Positions 54,979 through 64,000 of a stretch of DNA of 64,000 nt are shown here, piece after piece. Origin of the DNA: an uncultured delta proteobacterium. GTDB lineage: Bacteria > Myxococcota_A > Polyangia > Polyangiales > Polyangiaceae. A model generated the notes under the pieces. It was not told the DNA's origin. It searched no databases and saw nothing but the letters and a program-made list of their open reading frames with translations. Position numbers and translations under genes: made by a program. Every line of letters begins with the position of its first letter. Position 1 is the stretch's first letter. The DNA is taken from contig CAWAIF010000003.1 in NCBI GenBank assembly GCA_963782055.1, forward strand, positions 1,184,001-1,248,000, in the 5' to 3' direction.

Positions 54979-55023
54979 AATGTTAGGGCAGGGGCGGGGA
55001 CGCCCCACGGGGCTTGCCCGTCG

Positions 55024-55052
55024 TTGACAGCGGGCGGGATTTGCCTCATTGT
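55024..55052 (+). promoter_or_regulatory. Candidate sigma-70-type promoter
   Basis: TTGACA-N17-CATTGT upstream of ATG 55080. Confidence 0.45.
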
Positions 55053-55079
55053 CCGCGGCCCTTTACAGGAAGAAAGCAC

Positions 55080-55289
55080 ATGGTCTCCTCCACCCAGCAG
55101 TTCGAGCGCATTCGCAAGCGCAAGAAGACCACCAGCGGCAAGCGGAACAAGCGCGCGCTCCGCGCCCACGGCACGCCGGTGTTCGCCGTTCACCCCGAGG
55201 GGTACGATCCCAAGGCGGCGGACGCGAAGAAGGCGCCCGCGAAGGCTGCCGCTCCGGCCGCGAAGCCCGCGAAGACCGCGAAGAAGTAA
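55080..55289 (+). CDS. Small highly basic protein (69 aa)
   Basis: AGGAAG RBS; GC3-biased codons; MVSSTQQFERIRKRKKTTSGKRNKR...AKPAKTAKK. Confidence 0.85.
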   Translation: MVSSTQQFERIRKRKKTTSGKRNKRALRAHGTPVFAVHPEGYDPKAADAKKAPAKAAAPAAKPAKTAKK

Positions 55290-55291
55290 CG

Positions 55292-55810
55292 TCAGAGCCC
55301 CAGGTCGATGCCCTTGGCGCTCAGCCGTGCCCGGGCGCGCTCCGCCCGATCGCACGCGGGCAGGGCGATCGCGGCCAGCACCACCGCGGCGACGGCCGCG
55401 CCGGGGGTGAGCATGACGAAGAACGCCACGAAGCGGTGGATGAAGGCGTAGACGAACCACCCGCCGCCCACGACGACCAGCAGCCCCACGGCCACCAGGC
55501 CGACCACGGCCGCCCAGCGGCGAGCGCCCGCGAGCTTGGCTCCGGCGACGATGCACGCGATGCCCAGGAGGAAGATCGCGTAGGGGGCGACCATCATCGG
55601 GCCGCGGATCTCCACCGTGAGCCAGGTCTGCCCCGACGCGAGCACGGCGAAGAGGCCCGTCAGGGCGAGCGCGCCGCCTGCCACTTTGCAGAGCATCGGG
55701 CTGAGGGCGCGCAGGTCTTCGTCGTCCTGGTCGGGCCGCGGCATCGGCTGCGGCGACCACTGCGGGGAAGGGGCCTGGGGCGGGGACCACTGGGGCGGCT
55801 GCGGCTGCAT
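55292..55810 (-). CDS. Hypothetical membrane protein (4 TM)
   Basis: PQWSP repeats followed by four hydrophobic segments. Confidence 0.75.
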   Translation of the reverse strand: MQPQPPQWSPPQAPSPQWSPQPMPRPDQDDEDLRALSPMLCKVAGGALALTGLFAVLASGQTWLTVEIRGPMMVAPYAIFLLGIACIVAGAKLAGARRWAAVVGLVAVGLLVVVGGGWFVYAFIHRFVAFFVMLTPGAAVAAVVLAAIALPACDRAERARARLSAKGIDLGL

Positions 55811-55816
55811 GGTTTC

Positions 55817-56674
55817 TCAGGCGCCGGCGAGGACCGACTCGGCCTCGGGCAGGATGCCACGAACGTACGCACGCGCCTCGGCGTCCGCCAGGACGGGCTC
55901 GCTCGGGCGGGTGGCGGCGGCGGGGGACCCGGCGGCGATCCGCGCGAGCGCGTAGGACTCGAGCGCCTCCGCCAGGACGGCCTCGCTGGCGACGAGGACG
56001 TTGCGAAGGAGCGCGTGCTCGGCGTCCAGGACGCGCACCACCTCCGGCCACTGGCCGCGGCGCGCGGCGATCATGGCGCACGCGCGGACGGCGTACGCGA
56101 TGGCGAGGGAGGTCGGTGGCAGGGCGCCCATCGCGGCGAGCTCCACCTCCGCGCCTCGCGTGTCCTGCAGGATGGCGAGGGTGAAGGCGAGCTGGGAGCG
56201 CGCGAGGCTCTGGTAGTAGTCCGGAGTGGAGCCGAAGCGGAAGCCGCGCGACGCCTCGATCGCCGCGCGGAAGAGGGCCGCTGCGCCCTCGAAGTCCCGC
56301 CGCCGCAGGGCGATCACGCCCAGGTTGTGGAGCGCCATCACCACGGTGTCGCGCAGGTAGTAGCCGGTGGCCGTGGCGCGGAAACCCGCGGCGGCGGCGT
56401 CGGTGTCGTCGCGCTGCAACGCCTGCACGCCGTCGTTGTTCAGCCGCACCCCCGCGCGCACGTAAAACCGGAGGACGACGAGCGGCACGAAGACCACGAC
56501 CATGGGGGCGGCGAGCATGAGCGGGTGCGGGTCGGCGCCGGTGACCACGCCGAGCAGCGTGACGACGAAGGCGACGATCAGCGCCAGCCCGAGGAGGGAC
56601 GGGTTGATACGGTGGATCCGGGCGCCCCCCAGGTAAGGAGTGGCCTCCGCCAGCCGGTACGCCTCGCGCCTCAC
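55817..56674 (-). CDS. Membrane protein with TPR-like domain
   Basis: Two TM segments, then NNDGV..ALHNLGVIA..AAALFRAAI. Confidence 0.75.
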   Translation of the reverse strand: MRREAYRLAEATPYLGGARIHRINPSLLGLALIVAFVVTLLGVVTGADPHPLMLAAPMVVVFVPLVVLRFYVRAGVRLNNDGVQALQRDDTDAAAAGFRATATGYYLRDTVVMALHNLGVIALRRRDFEGAAALFRAAIEASRGFRFGSTPDYYQSLARSQLAFTLAILQDTRGAEVELAAMGALPPTSLAIAYAVRACAMIAARRGQWPEVVRVLDAEHALLRNVLVASEAVLAEALESYALARIAAGSPAAATRPSEPVLADAEARAYVRGILPEAESVLAGA

Positions 56675-57525
56675 GGCTCCACCCCCATCACCGCCGCCGC
56701 CTCCGGGACGGCGCGGAGGATCCAGCGACGCAGCGCCGGGTCGCCGCCGACGACCGCCGCGCCACGCGCGGCGCCGGAGAGCTTCGCGCGCGCCATCACC
56801 TCCAGGACGTGGGCGAGCACGCGCTCGCGGTGGGCGAAGCCGTTGCGATGGATGACGCGGTCTTGCTCCAGCCGTGCGAGGAGCGCGGCGGCGTCGCCGC
56901 GGCGCGCCTCGATGAGCAGGCCGGCGCGACTCTCCAGCACCTGCGCCGCCGGGAGCGCGTCACGATGCGTGGCCGCCCGGAGCACGGCGGCCGCGTCGTC
57001 CACGCGGCCCTCGGCGGCGAGGGCGAAGGCGCGGCGGGCCGCGACGACCGGCAGGAGCTGCGCCTTGAAGATCGCCGCCACGGGCGCCCGCTGGATCTCG
57101 TCCCACGCGAGCCCGTAGACCGCGGCCGCCTCGGCGAAGTCTCCGGCCGCCTCGGCGGCGCGGGCGAGCAGCACGAGCACCTGGCCCCGCGCGTAGCCGC
57201 TCATCGGCGTCGCGAGGGCGGCTCGCGCGGCCTGCACCGCGTGGTCGATCCGCCCGCGAAGCAGCAGCATCTCGACGCCCTGGACCTGCGTGACGACACG
57301 GCGCGCTCCGCCGCGCACGAACCCGCCAGTCCGGACCCCGATCGCCAGCACGACGACGGCGACGCCGGCGAAGAGGCCGGTCGCCAGCCAGTCGGGGCCA
57401 CCGCGCTGCATGACGGCCCAGATCGCCATCAGCAGGAGGAAGATCGCAGCCCACAGCAGGGAGGCGCCACGCGTGGGGCGGATGCGCCGCGGCGGCGGTA
57501 GGCCGTCCACGTAACGATTGGCCAT
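56671..57525 (-). CDS. Membrane protein with TPR-like domain
   Basis: Two TM segments, then an Ala-rich helical repeat; overlaps the next gene. Confidence 0.72.
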   Translation of the reverse strand: MANRYVDGLPPPRRIRPTRGASLLWAAIFLLLMAIWAVMQRGGPDWLATGLFAGVAVVVLAIGVRTGGFVRGGARRVVTQVQGVEMLLLRGRIDHAVQAARAALATPMSGYARGQVLVLLARAAEAAGDFAEAAAVYGLAWDEIQRAPVAAIFKAQLLPVVAARRAFALAAEGRVDDAAAVLRAATHRDALPAAQVLESRAGLLIEARRGDAAALLARLEQDRVIHRNGFAHRERVLAHVLEVMARAKLSGAARGAAVVGGDPALRRWILRAVPEAAAVMGVEP

Positions 57526-57558
57526 GGCAGAGGATGGTACGCCACCCGGGCAGCGCAT

Positions 57559-57813
57559 CTACCTCGCGCGGGCTGCCAGCCCGACCAGCAGGACGACGTA
57601 CGCCGCGAGCGTGCCGCCGAACGCCCAGACGCGCGCGCGATAGCCCTCGCGCCACGCCCAGACCAGCCCGAGCGGGGCGATGAAGAAGCCCACGGCCGCG
57701 CGCCACCGCGGCGGGCGCAGCGCGAGGCCGACCACCACCGCCAGGTGCGTCGCTGCGTGGAGCACGAGCACCACCAGCGCGAGCACGCCGAACGCGTTGT
57801 GGGTTTCGCCCAT
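57559..57813 (-). CDS. Small membrane protein
   Basis: 84 aa, about 3 hydrophobic segments. Confidence 0.6.
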   Translation of the reverse strand: MGETHNAFGVLALVVLVLHAATHLAVVVGLALRPPRWRAAVGFFIAPLGLVWAWREGYRARVWAFGGTLAAYVVLLVGLAARAR

Positions 57814-57846
57814 CGAGGCTGGATGTGTAGCAAAGCCCGGAGCGGA

Positions 57847-58091
57847 GCCGAAGCGACTCGGCGCAAATGAGGCGAATGGCGCCGCCGAAGTGAATTCGGC
57901 GGCTCCCCCCCTGGTTCGCGTTCGCGAATGGCGAACGCTCATCTAAAATCGGCGTTCGTGATCCTCGAACGCCGATCTTCGCGAGCAAAGCGAGCGCCGC
58001 GTGGGGTGGGGCCCCGAAGAACCGCGTTTTTCGGGACGGGGCGGCGCGTGCCGCCCCGTGAGACAAGACCTGAATCGGACGAGCCCGATTC
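57847..58091. other. Highly structured intergenic element (seven hairpins); candidate ncRNA or composite REP
   Basis: Stems at 57847-57862, 57881-57903, 57918-57938, 57948-57976, 58013-58035, 58036-58059 and 58072-58091; shares a 20-mer with the 19.3 kb repeats. Confidence 0.6.
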
Positions 58092-58129
58092 CGAATCGCG
58101 CTCCTTCATTTAGATTGCCGAACGCGAAG

Positions 58130-59656
58130 ATGGCCAAGACACCGTCCCGTTTCGGCGCCGCGCGGGCGCGCTGGGCCGACCGGCTCGCCCGCTCCAGCCG
58201 CGTCTTCCTCGCCGGGCTGATCATCGCCTGCGGCATCGAGGTGATGGTCGACTGGAACCAGACCTTCTTCGAGATCAACGTGCTGCGCGACCAGGTGCGC
58301 GAGAAGGCGACGAGCTACGCCGGCTTGCTCGAGCGCGCCGCCGTCGAGCCGATGCAGGGCCACGACGTCGCCGCCCTCGACACCCTGGCGGCGGGCGTCC
58401 TCGACGACGAGGACGCGGTGTACGTGCGCATCACCGACCCGCGCGGCGAGGTGATCTACGAGAAGCTGAAGGCGGACTACGGCGCCGCCTACGCCAAGAA
58501 GCGCGGCGAGACCTTCACCACGCACTACGCCCGGCTGGTGGACCGCGACGTGCGCGGCATCCTGAACGACCCCGCCGGCTTCCGCCGCCGGCTCGCCAAC
58601 AGCCGGTACCGCGACTTCGCGCAGGTCTGGACGGACACGACCGCCCGCGCCGTCTCCCTCTTCGTGCCGCCGAAGCCGCCGCCGCCGGCGCGCGCCAACC
58701 TCGTCTACCAGGATCGCCTGCGCGACACGAACCGCGAGCGCGACGACGCGGTGACGTGGGCCATCGCGCCGCTCGAGAAGGACGGCGCGAAGCTCGGAGC
58801 GGTGCTCGTCGCCTTCGACATGACGCGCACCAACGACGGCATCCGCCTCAAGTACTTCAAGGGCTTCGGGATGGTCGTCTTCTTCGTCGGCCTCATCCTG
58901 GTGCAGAGCACCATCAACCGGCGCGACAAGCTGCGCATCCTGGACCTGGAGGCGCGCTACGCGTCGGCGAAGAAGGCCCTGCGCGCCGCGCTGCCCCAGG
59001 GCCCGGTGCGGGTCGGCGGGCTCGTGGCGTCGGGCGCGCTGGAGCAGGCCAAGGGGCCGGTCGACGGCATGATCTGGGACGCCTGCGACGACCGCGGCGC
59101 GATGGTGGTGCTGGTGGTCGACCCCGACGGTGACGGCATCGACGCCGCCGCCATCGGGCTGCACATGGCGAGGACCTTCCGCGCCCGCTGCGCTGCCGGC
59201 ACGCCGGTGGACCTGGACGCCGAGGTGCGCGCCCTCGGCGCGGCGACCGCCGACATCCCGCTGACGCGCCCCATCGGCGTGCTGCTCGCCCGCGTGACGC
59301 AGGACGGCGCCGTGGAGGCGCGGGTGAGCCGCTTCGCCTCGCTGCACGTGCTGGACGGCGCGTCGGTGGCGGCGCTGCCCGCCCACGACGCCGACGCGGA
59401 GCCGGCCGAGGGCATCGTGCCCCCCATCGCCCGGGCCGAGGGCGTGCTGCCGGCGCACGCGACGCTGGTGTGCGCGTGCTCCGGCAAGGGCCAGAAGGAG
59501 GCGCGCCTGGACGGCGAGGCGCTCGCCCGCTACGCCCTTCGTACGCGGGGTCCGGCGGGGGAGGTCACGGCGGAGGACGCGGCGATCTGGGCGCGCGGCA
59601 AGCACGCCGCCCTCGCCGAGAACGACGTGGTGGTCGTCACGGTCCAGCGCACCTGA
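58130..59656 (+). CDS. Membrane protein: TM-periplasmic domain-TM plus degenerate SpoIIE/PP2C-like domain
   Basis: Two TM segments flanking a sensor-like domain; VVLVVDPDGDGIDAAAIG and C-terminal ENDVVVVTV. Confidence 0.6.
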   Translation: MAKTPSRFGAARARWADRLARSSRVFLAGLIIACGIEVMVDWNQTFFEINVLRDQVREKATSYAGLLERAAVEPMQGHDVAALDTLAAGVLDDEDAVYVRITDPRGEVIYEKLKADYGAAYAKKRGETFTTHYARLVDRDVRGILNDPAGFRRRLANSRYRDFAQVWTDTTARAVSLFVPPKPPPPARANLVYQDRLRDTNRERDDAVTWAIAPLEKDGAKLGAVLVAFDMTRTNDGIRLKYFKGFGMVVFFVGLILVQSTINRRDKLRILDLEARYASAKKALRAALPQGPVRVGGLVASGALEQAKGPVDGMIWDACDDRGAMVVLVVDPDGDGIDAAAIGLHMARTFRARCAAGTPVDLDAEVRALGAATADIPLTRPIGVLLARVTQDGAVEARVSRFASLHVLDGASVAALPAHDADAEPAEGIVPPIARAEGVLPAHATLVCACSGKGQKEARLDGEALARYALRTRGPAGEVTAEDAAIWARGKHAALAENDVVVVTVQRT

Positions 59657-59735
59657 GGTCCGGCCGACGGCCCGAAGGGCACGACGACGGATGGGTCCGG
59701 TTGCGTGCGCCGCGGCGGCGGGTGACACTCCGCGC

Positions 59736-61619
59736 GTGCGCGCCTCCATCCTGCAATCGCTCGCCGCCGGCGCCGGGCTCGCGCTGGGCATGCTCGCCGC
59801 GCTCCCCGCCCGCGGCGACGCGAAGGCCCCCACCATCTCCCCCGACGAGATCCACGAGGGCATGAAGGGGTATGGGCTGACCGTGTTCCACGGCTTCCAG
59901 CCGCAGCGCTTCGACGTGGAGGTCATCGGCGTCCTGCACAACTTCCGCCCGGCGCAGGATCTCATCCTGGTGAAGACGCCCAACCCGCGCCTGGACATCA
60001 CGCACAACGTGCAGGGCATGAGCGGCAGCCCGATCTACCTCGACGGCCGTCTGGCCGGGGCTTACGCCTACAGCCTTCGCGGCTTCATGACCGAGTCGGT
60101 CGCCGGCATCACCCCCATCGGGCCGATGCTCAAGGAGCTGCACCGGCCCATCCCGCCTGGGTTCTGGCCGCTGCAGGGCGGCGCGCCGCTCCCCGCCGCG
60201 CAGGCCCGGCCCCCCGTGCGTCGCGCGTCGCTGGACGACGGCCCCACGCGCTGGGACGGGCCCCCCGGCCAGTACGACCTGCTCGCCCACGCCCGGCAGG
60301 TGGCCGCGCGTCTCGGGCCCACGGGCGACGCCTCCCGCGGCATCACCCCCGCCGCCACGCCGCTCGTCGTCGCGGGCGTGGGGAGCCGCACGATGGGCAT
60401 GGTGCGCACCCTCTTCGGTCCGCTCGGCCTGGACCCGGTCGCCGGCGGCGGCGCCGGACAGGCCGCGGCGAAGGGCGAGACCATCCCCACCCACTTCGTC
60501 GACGGCGGATCGCTCGGCGTGCTCCTCGCCGGCGGCGACGTGTCCTTCATGGGGCTCGGCACGGTGACGCACGTGGAGGGGCAGAAGCTCTGCGCCTTCG
60601 GCCACCCGATGATGGGCGCCGGGGACACCGCCCTGCCCACCGCCATCGCCCGCGTGCTCTGGATCTACGCGAGCCAGCAGCACAGCTTCAAGGTGGGTGA
60701 GGCGATCAAGCCGTACGGGACGCTGGTGCAGGATCGCATGAGCGCGGTGGTCGCGGACGAGACCCGCCGCGCGCCGGTCATCCCGGTGCACATCGACGTG
60801 ACCGGCGTCGTCGGTGCGCCCAAGACCTCGTGGAACATGACCATCTCGCAGGAGAAGTTCATGAGCGCCTCGCTCACCGCGTCCATGTTCGGCTCGGTGG
60901 TCGAGGCCACCACCGCGGAGCGGCGCGACCTCACCTGGAAGGTCCGCTCGCGCGTCCATGTTCGCGGCCACGGGACCATCGACGTCGACGACTTCGGCGT
61001 CGCCATCGGCGGGATGCCCGAGACGGGCGACTGGTTCCAGTCGCGGGTGGTGCGCCTGGTGGGCGGCACCCTCAACAACCCGTGGGAGAACGTCGCCATC
61101 GATCGCATCGACGCGACGCTCTCGGTCGACTACTCGCGCCAGCTCTGGCGGCTGCGCGGCGTGGACGCGCTCGACCCGGTCGTCGACGCCGGGGACAAGG
61201 CGCGCTTCGTCCTGCACTTCCTCCCCTTCGCCGGGCCGGAGGTGACGCGGACGGTGGAGGTTGTCGTGCCGCCGGAGCTCGCGGGCAAGGACGCGGAGGT
61301 GGAGGTCTACCCCGGCTACGAGGTCACGCCGGACGTGGCCCCCCCGGAGAACCTGAACCAGCTCCTGGCCAACGCCACACGGCAGACGGAGACGCCCCGC
61401 AGCATCGTGGTCCAGATCAAGCTGCCCACCCAGGGACTGGCCTTCAACGGGCACATCGCGCCGCGGCTGCCTTACTCCATGCTGGACGCGCTGCGGCCCG
61501 CCACGAGCGACATCGCGCCCCAGAGATTCGTGAGCTATGCACGCACCGTCATCCCGCTGCCCAACTACGTCGACGGCCACGACAAGCTCAAGATCAAGGT
61601 GCGCGAAAAGTTGCGCTGA
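59736..61619 (+). CDS. SpoIVB-like peptidase S55 domain protein
   Basis: Signal peptide; GMKGYGLTVF, FDVEVIGVL, QGMSGSPIY and AFGHP. Confidence 0.9.
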   Translation: MRASILQSLAAGAGLALGMLAALPARGDAKAPTISPDEIHEGMKGYGLTVFHGFQPQRFDVEVIGVLHNFRPAQDLILVKTPNPRLDITHNVQGMSGSPIYLDGRLAGAYAYSLRGFMTESVAGITPIGPMLKELHRPIPPGFWPLQGGAPLPAAQARPPVRRASLDDGPTRWDGPPGQYDLLAHARQVAARLGPTGDASRGITPAATPLVVAGVGSRTMGMVRTLFGPLGLDPVAGGGAGQAAAKGETIPTHFVDGGSLGVLLAGGDVSFMGLGTVTHVEGQKLCAFGHPMMGAGDTALPTAIARVLWIYASQQHSFKVGEAIKPYGTLVQDRMSAVVADETRRAPVIPVHIDVTGVVGAPKTSWNMTISQEKFMSASLTASMFGSVVEATTAERRDLTWKVRSRVHVRGHGTIDVDDFGVAIGGMPETGDWFQSRVVRLVGGTLNNPWENVAIDRIDATLSVDYSRQLWRLRGVDALDPVVDAGDKARFVLHFLPFAGPEVTRTVEVVVPPELAGKDAEVEVYPGYEVTPDVAPPENLNQLLANATRQTETPRSIVVQIKLPTQGLAFNGHIAPRLPYSMLDALRPATSDIAPQRFVSYARTVIPLPNYVDGHDKLKIKVREKLR

Positions 61620-61665
61620 CGTTTCTTCCCGGCGCGAGGCCCGGCCCCGGTGTACAAAGGGGCGC

Positions 61666-63747
61666 ATGCCCCGGTTTCGCGCGCGTGTCGCAGCGTCCCT
61701 CCTGGCCCTGGCCACGTGCGCGCTCGCGCCCGCCGCCGGCGCCGTGGGGACTCGCACCTTCGACCTGGACACGCTGGACGAGCTCTCCGGCGGGGACCTC
61801 AAGGCGGTGGCGGTGGGGTCCGACGGCGTCGTCCGCGCCGGCTTCGTCCTCGGCAACGTGCCGGTGGGGGACGCCACCACGGTGCACTCCGCGCTCGCGC
61901 TCGCCGACGGCAGCGGCGTCCTGGTCGGCACCGGTCCGGGCGGCAAGGTCTTCGAGCTCGCGGGCGACAAGGCGACCCTCTTCGCCGACACCAAGCAGAT
62001 GGCGGTCACCGCCCTCGCGCAGGATGCGCACGGAAACGTGTATGCTGCAACTGTCGGGGACAACCACGTCTATCGCCTCACGCGGGGCAAGGCGGAGGTC
62101 TTCGCCACGCTGCCCGACGTCTCGCACGTGCTGGCGCTCGCCGTGGGCCGCGCGGGGACCACGCTGTTCGCGGCGGCCGGGCCGGACGGCCGCGTCTTTC
62201 GCATCAACGCCGCCGGGCAGGCGGAGGTCTTCTTCAAGAGCAGCGAGCCCGACCTCGTGTCGCTCGCCGTGGCCCCCAACGGGGACGTGCTCGCCGGCTC
62301 GAGCGGCAAGGCGCTCCTGTACCGCATCACCGCGGCCGGCCACGCGACGGTGATGTACGACTTCCCCGGCGACGAGGTGCAGGGCATCGCCGCGCGGCCC
62401 GACGGCACCATCTTCGCCATCGCCAACGAGTTCGGCGACCCGCCGGACGTCCCGCACCACAGCGCGAGCGCCACGCGCAGCCCGGCGAGCCCGACGTCCA
62501 CGACGCCGCGGACCAAGCCGGGGAAGGGATCGCTCTGGCGCTTCGACCCGCAGGGCCGGCCCGAGCGCATGATGCACCACGACGAGTTCCACTACACCGC
62601 GCTCGCCCTGGACGACGCCGGCCAGCCGTACGTCGGCACCGGCGCGGAGGGGCGCGTCTACACGGTGGACGACGCCCACACCATCACCCTGGTGGCCGAC
62701 ACCGACGAGCGGCAGATCGCCGCCCTCTCCCTGCACGGCCTGCCGAAGAACGCCGCGCGCCCGGGCGTCGGCGCGTTCCTCGTCTCCAGCGACGGCGCGG
62801 TCTTCCACCGCATCCTCGGCAAGGGCGGCGCCGACGCCGTGTGGACGAGCAAGGTGTTCGACGCCGGTCTGCGCGCGCACTTCGGCGTCCTCTCCTGGCG
62901 GTCGACGGGTCCGCTGGAGATCTCGACGCGCACGGGGAACACCTCCGACCCGGACACCACCTGGAGCGCCTGGAGCACGCCGATGGTCGGCGCCAGCGGC
63001 CGGGTGACGAGCCCCGCGGCGCGCTTCTTCCAGGTGCGCGCCCGCTGGTCGCGGGCGCCCAACGCCGAGCTGTCGGAGGTGCGCGTACCCTTCGTCACCG
63101 ACAACCTGCGCGCGGTGGTGACCGAGGTGAGCGCCGAGCCGAAGTCGGGCACCCCGAGCGACAAGGAAGGCCTGCAGGAGAGCGGCGGCGCGCTGCCCAA
63201 GCACGACAGCGTGCTGAAGGTGACGTGGAAGGTGGACAACCCCGACTCCGACCAGCTCCGCTACCGGCTCTACTATCGCCTGGAGACCGAGCGCGCCTGG
63301 CGGGCGATGCTGCGCACCGACGAGATCGTCACCAAGACCACCTACGACTGGGACACCGCCACGCTGCCGGAGGGCAAGTACCGCGTCCGCGTCGAGGCGA
63401 GCGACGAGATGGCGAACCCGCCTTCGGACGTGCAGCGCCACGCGCTGGACTCGCGCACGGTGCTCGTCGACAACACACCGCCGGTGTTCGCGCAGCTCGC
63501 GCTGGCCGGCCGGCGCCTCACCGCGCGCGTGGTGGACGGAGTGGGTCCCGTCGCGCGGCTGGAGGTGTCGATCGACGGCCAGGACGAGTGGCGTCCGGTC
63601 GTGCCGGTGGACGGCGTCTTCGACTCGGCGACCGAGTCCTTCGCGGCCGACGTCTCGGCCATCGTACCCACGGGGTCCCACATCGTCGCCGTGCGCGCCT
63701 TCGACGCCGCAGGCAACGCGGTGATCAAGAACCTCGAAGCCCGCTGA
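61666..63747 (+). CDS. Secreted beta-propeller protein with C-terminal FN3/Ig-like domains
   Basis: Signal peptide; blades VGTGPGGKVF and VGTGAEGRVY; TRTGNT..WSAWS; DNPDSDQLRYRLYY; LPEGKYRVRVEASD; VDNTPP. Confidence 0.85.
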   Translation: MPRFRARVAASLLALATCALAPAAGAVGTRTFDLDTLDELSGGDLKAVAVGSDGVVRAGFVLGNVPVGDATTVHSALALADGSGVLVGTGPGGKVFELAGDKATLFADTKQMAVTALAQDAHGNVYAATVGDNHVYRLTRGKAEVFATLPDVSHVLALAVGRAGTTLFAAAGPDGRVFRINAAGQAEVFFKSSEPDLVSLAVAPNGDVLAGSSGKALLYRITAAGHATVMYDFPGDEVQGIAARPDGTIFAIANEFGDPPDVPHHSASATRSPASPTSTTPRTKPGKGSLWRFDPQGRPERMMHHDEFHYTALALDDAGQPYVGTGAEGRVYTVDDAHTITLVADTDERQIAALSLHGLPKNAARPGVGAFLVSSDGAVFHRILGKGGADAVWTSKVFDAGLRAHFGVLSWRSTGPLEISTRTGNTSDPDTTWSAWSTPMVGASGRVTSPAARFFQVRARWSRAPNAELSEVRVPFVTDNLRAVVTEVSAEPKSGTPSDKEGLQESGGALPKHDSVLKVTWKVDNPDSDQLRYRLYYRLETERAWRAMLRTDEIVTKTTYDWDTATLPEGKYRVRVEASDEMANPPSDVQRHALDSRTVLVDNTPPVFAQLALAGRRLTARVVDGVGPVARLEVSIDGQDEWRPVVPVDGVFDSATESFAADVSAIVPTGSHIVAVRAFDAAGNAVIKNLEAR

Positions 63748-63951
63748 GGGACTGCCGTGCCACGCGGGCGCCAGAGCTGCGCCCACCGCGACACCGGTGC
63801 CACACCCGCCGCCGCCAAAAGTGTGGCGGAGGTCGCGTTTTGTGCGAGCATGTTGGAGACGGCACGCTCCGTGTAATGCAAGCACCAAGGCGGTCCCGCC
63901 CACCTGGCTCGACCGCTGAATCGCACCACACAACGGACCGTCTTCTTCCTC

Positions 63952-64000
63952 ATGCCTCGCCTACGTTTCCTCGGCCTCCTTACAGGCGCTGCGCTCGTGA
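63952..64000 (+). CDS. 5' fragment of a probable secreted protein (runs off the window)
   Basis: ATG 63952: MPRLRFLGLLTGAALV, signal-peptide-like. Confidence 0.4.
   Translation, partial: MPRLRFLGLLTGAALV

Overview
Very GC-rich chromosomal window, most consistent with a myxobacterium of the Sorangium/Labilithrix type. This is inferred from Hanks-type Ser/Thr kinases, Cys-rich lipoproteins with DAG/PDSG linkers, DUF2330 with a MYXO-CTERM-like tail, and HEAT proteins. About 55 real genes are present; most other long ORFs in the track are GC-rich shadow frames. Housekeeping genes: ppdK (partial, missing from the ORF track), mutL, hppD-hmgA, pyrG, xth, dacB, a MATE transporter and a sigma-70 factor. 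There is also a TatT-DctP-DctQ-DctM TRAP operon, an HK/NtrC/RR/USP module and many uncharacterised secreted proteins. No rRNA, tRNA, CRISPR array, transposase or integrase was seen. The most interesting observations are: (1) a structured intergenic repeat family, with two identical 84-bp copies at 19.3-19.5 kb and a covarying third copy inside a seven-hairpin region at 57.8-58.1 kb; (2) a three-gene cluster of a SpoIIE-like pseudo-phosphatase sensor, an apparently permuted SpoIVB/S55 protease and a propeller-Ig protein; (3) a sigma-70 paralogue with a natural Q437H-equivalent substitution; (4) a perfect (CAGG)10 tract; (5) enlarged TRAP permeases with a repeated acidic tail; (6) a small, highly basic protein; (7) a single-base frameshift in a Cys-rich lipoprotein. 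All calls come from reading motifs by eye; no database searches were run.
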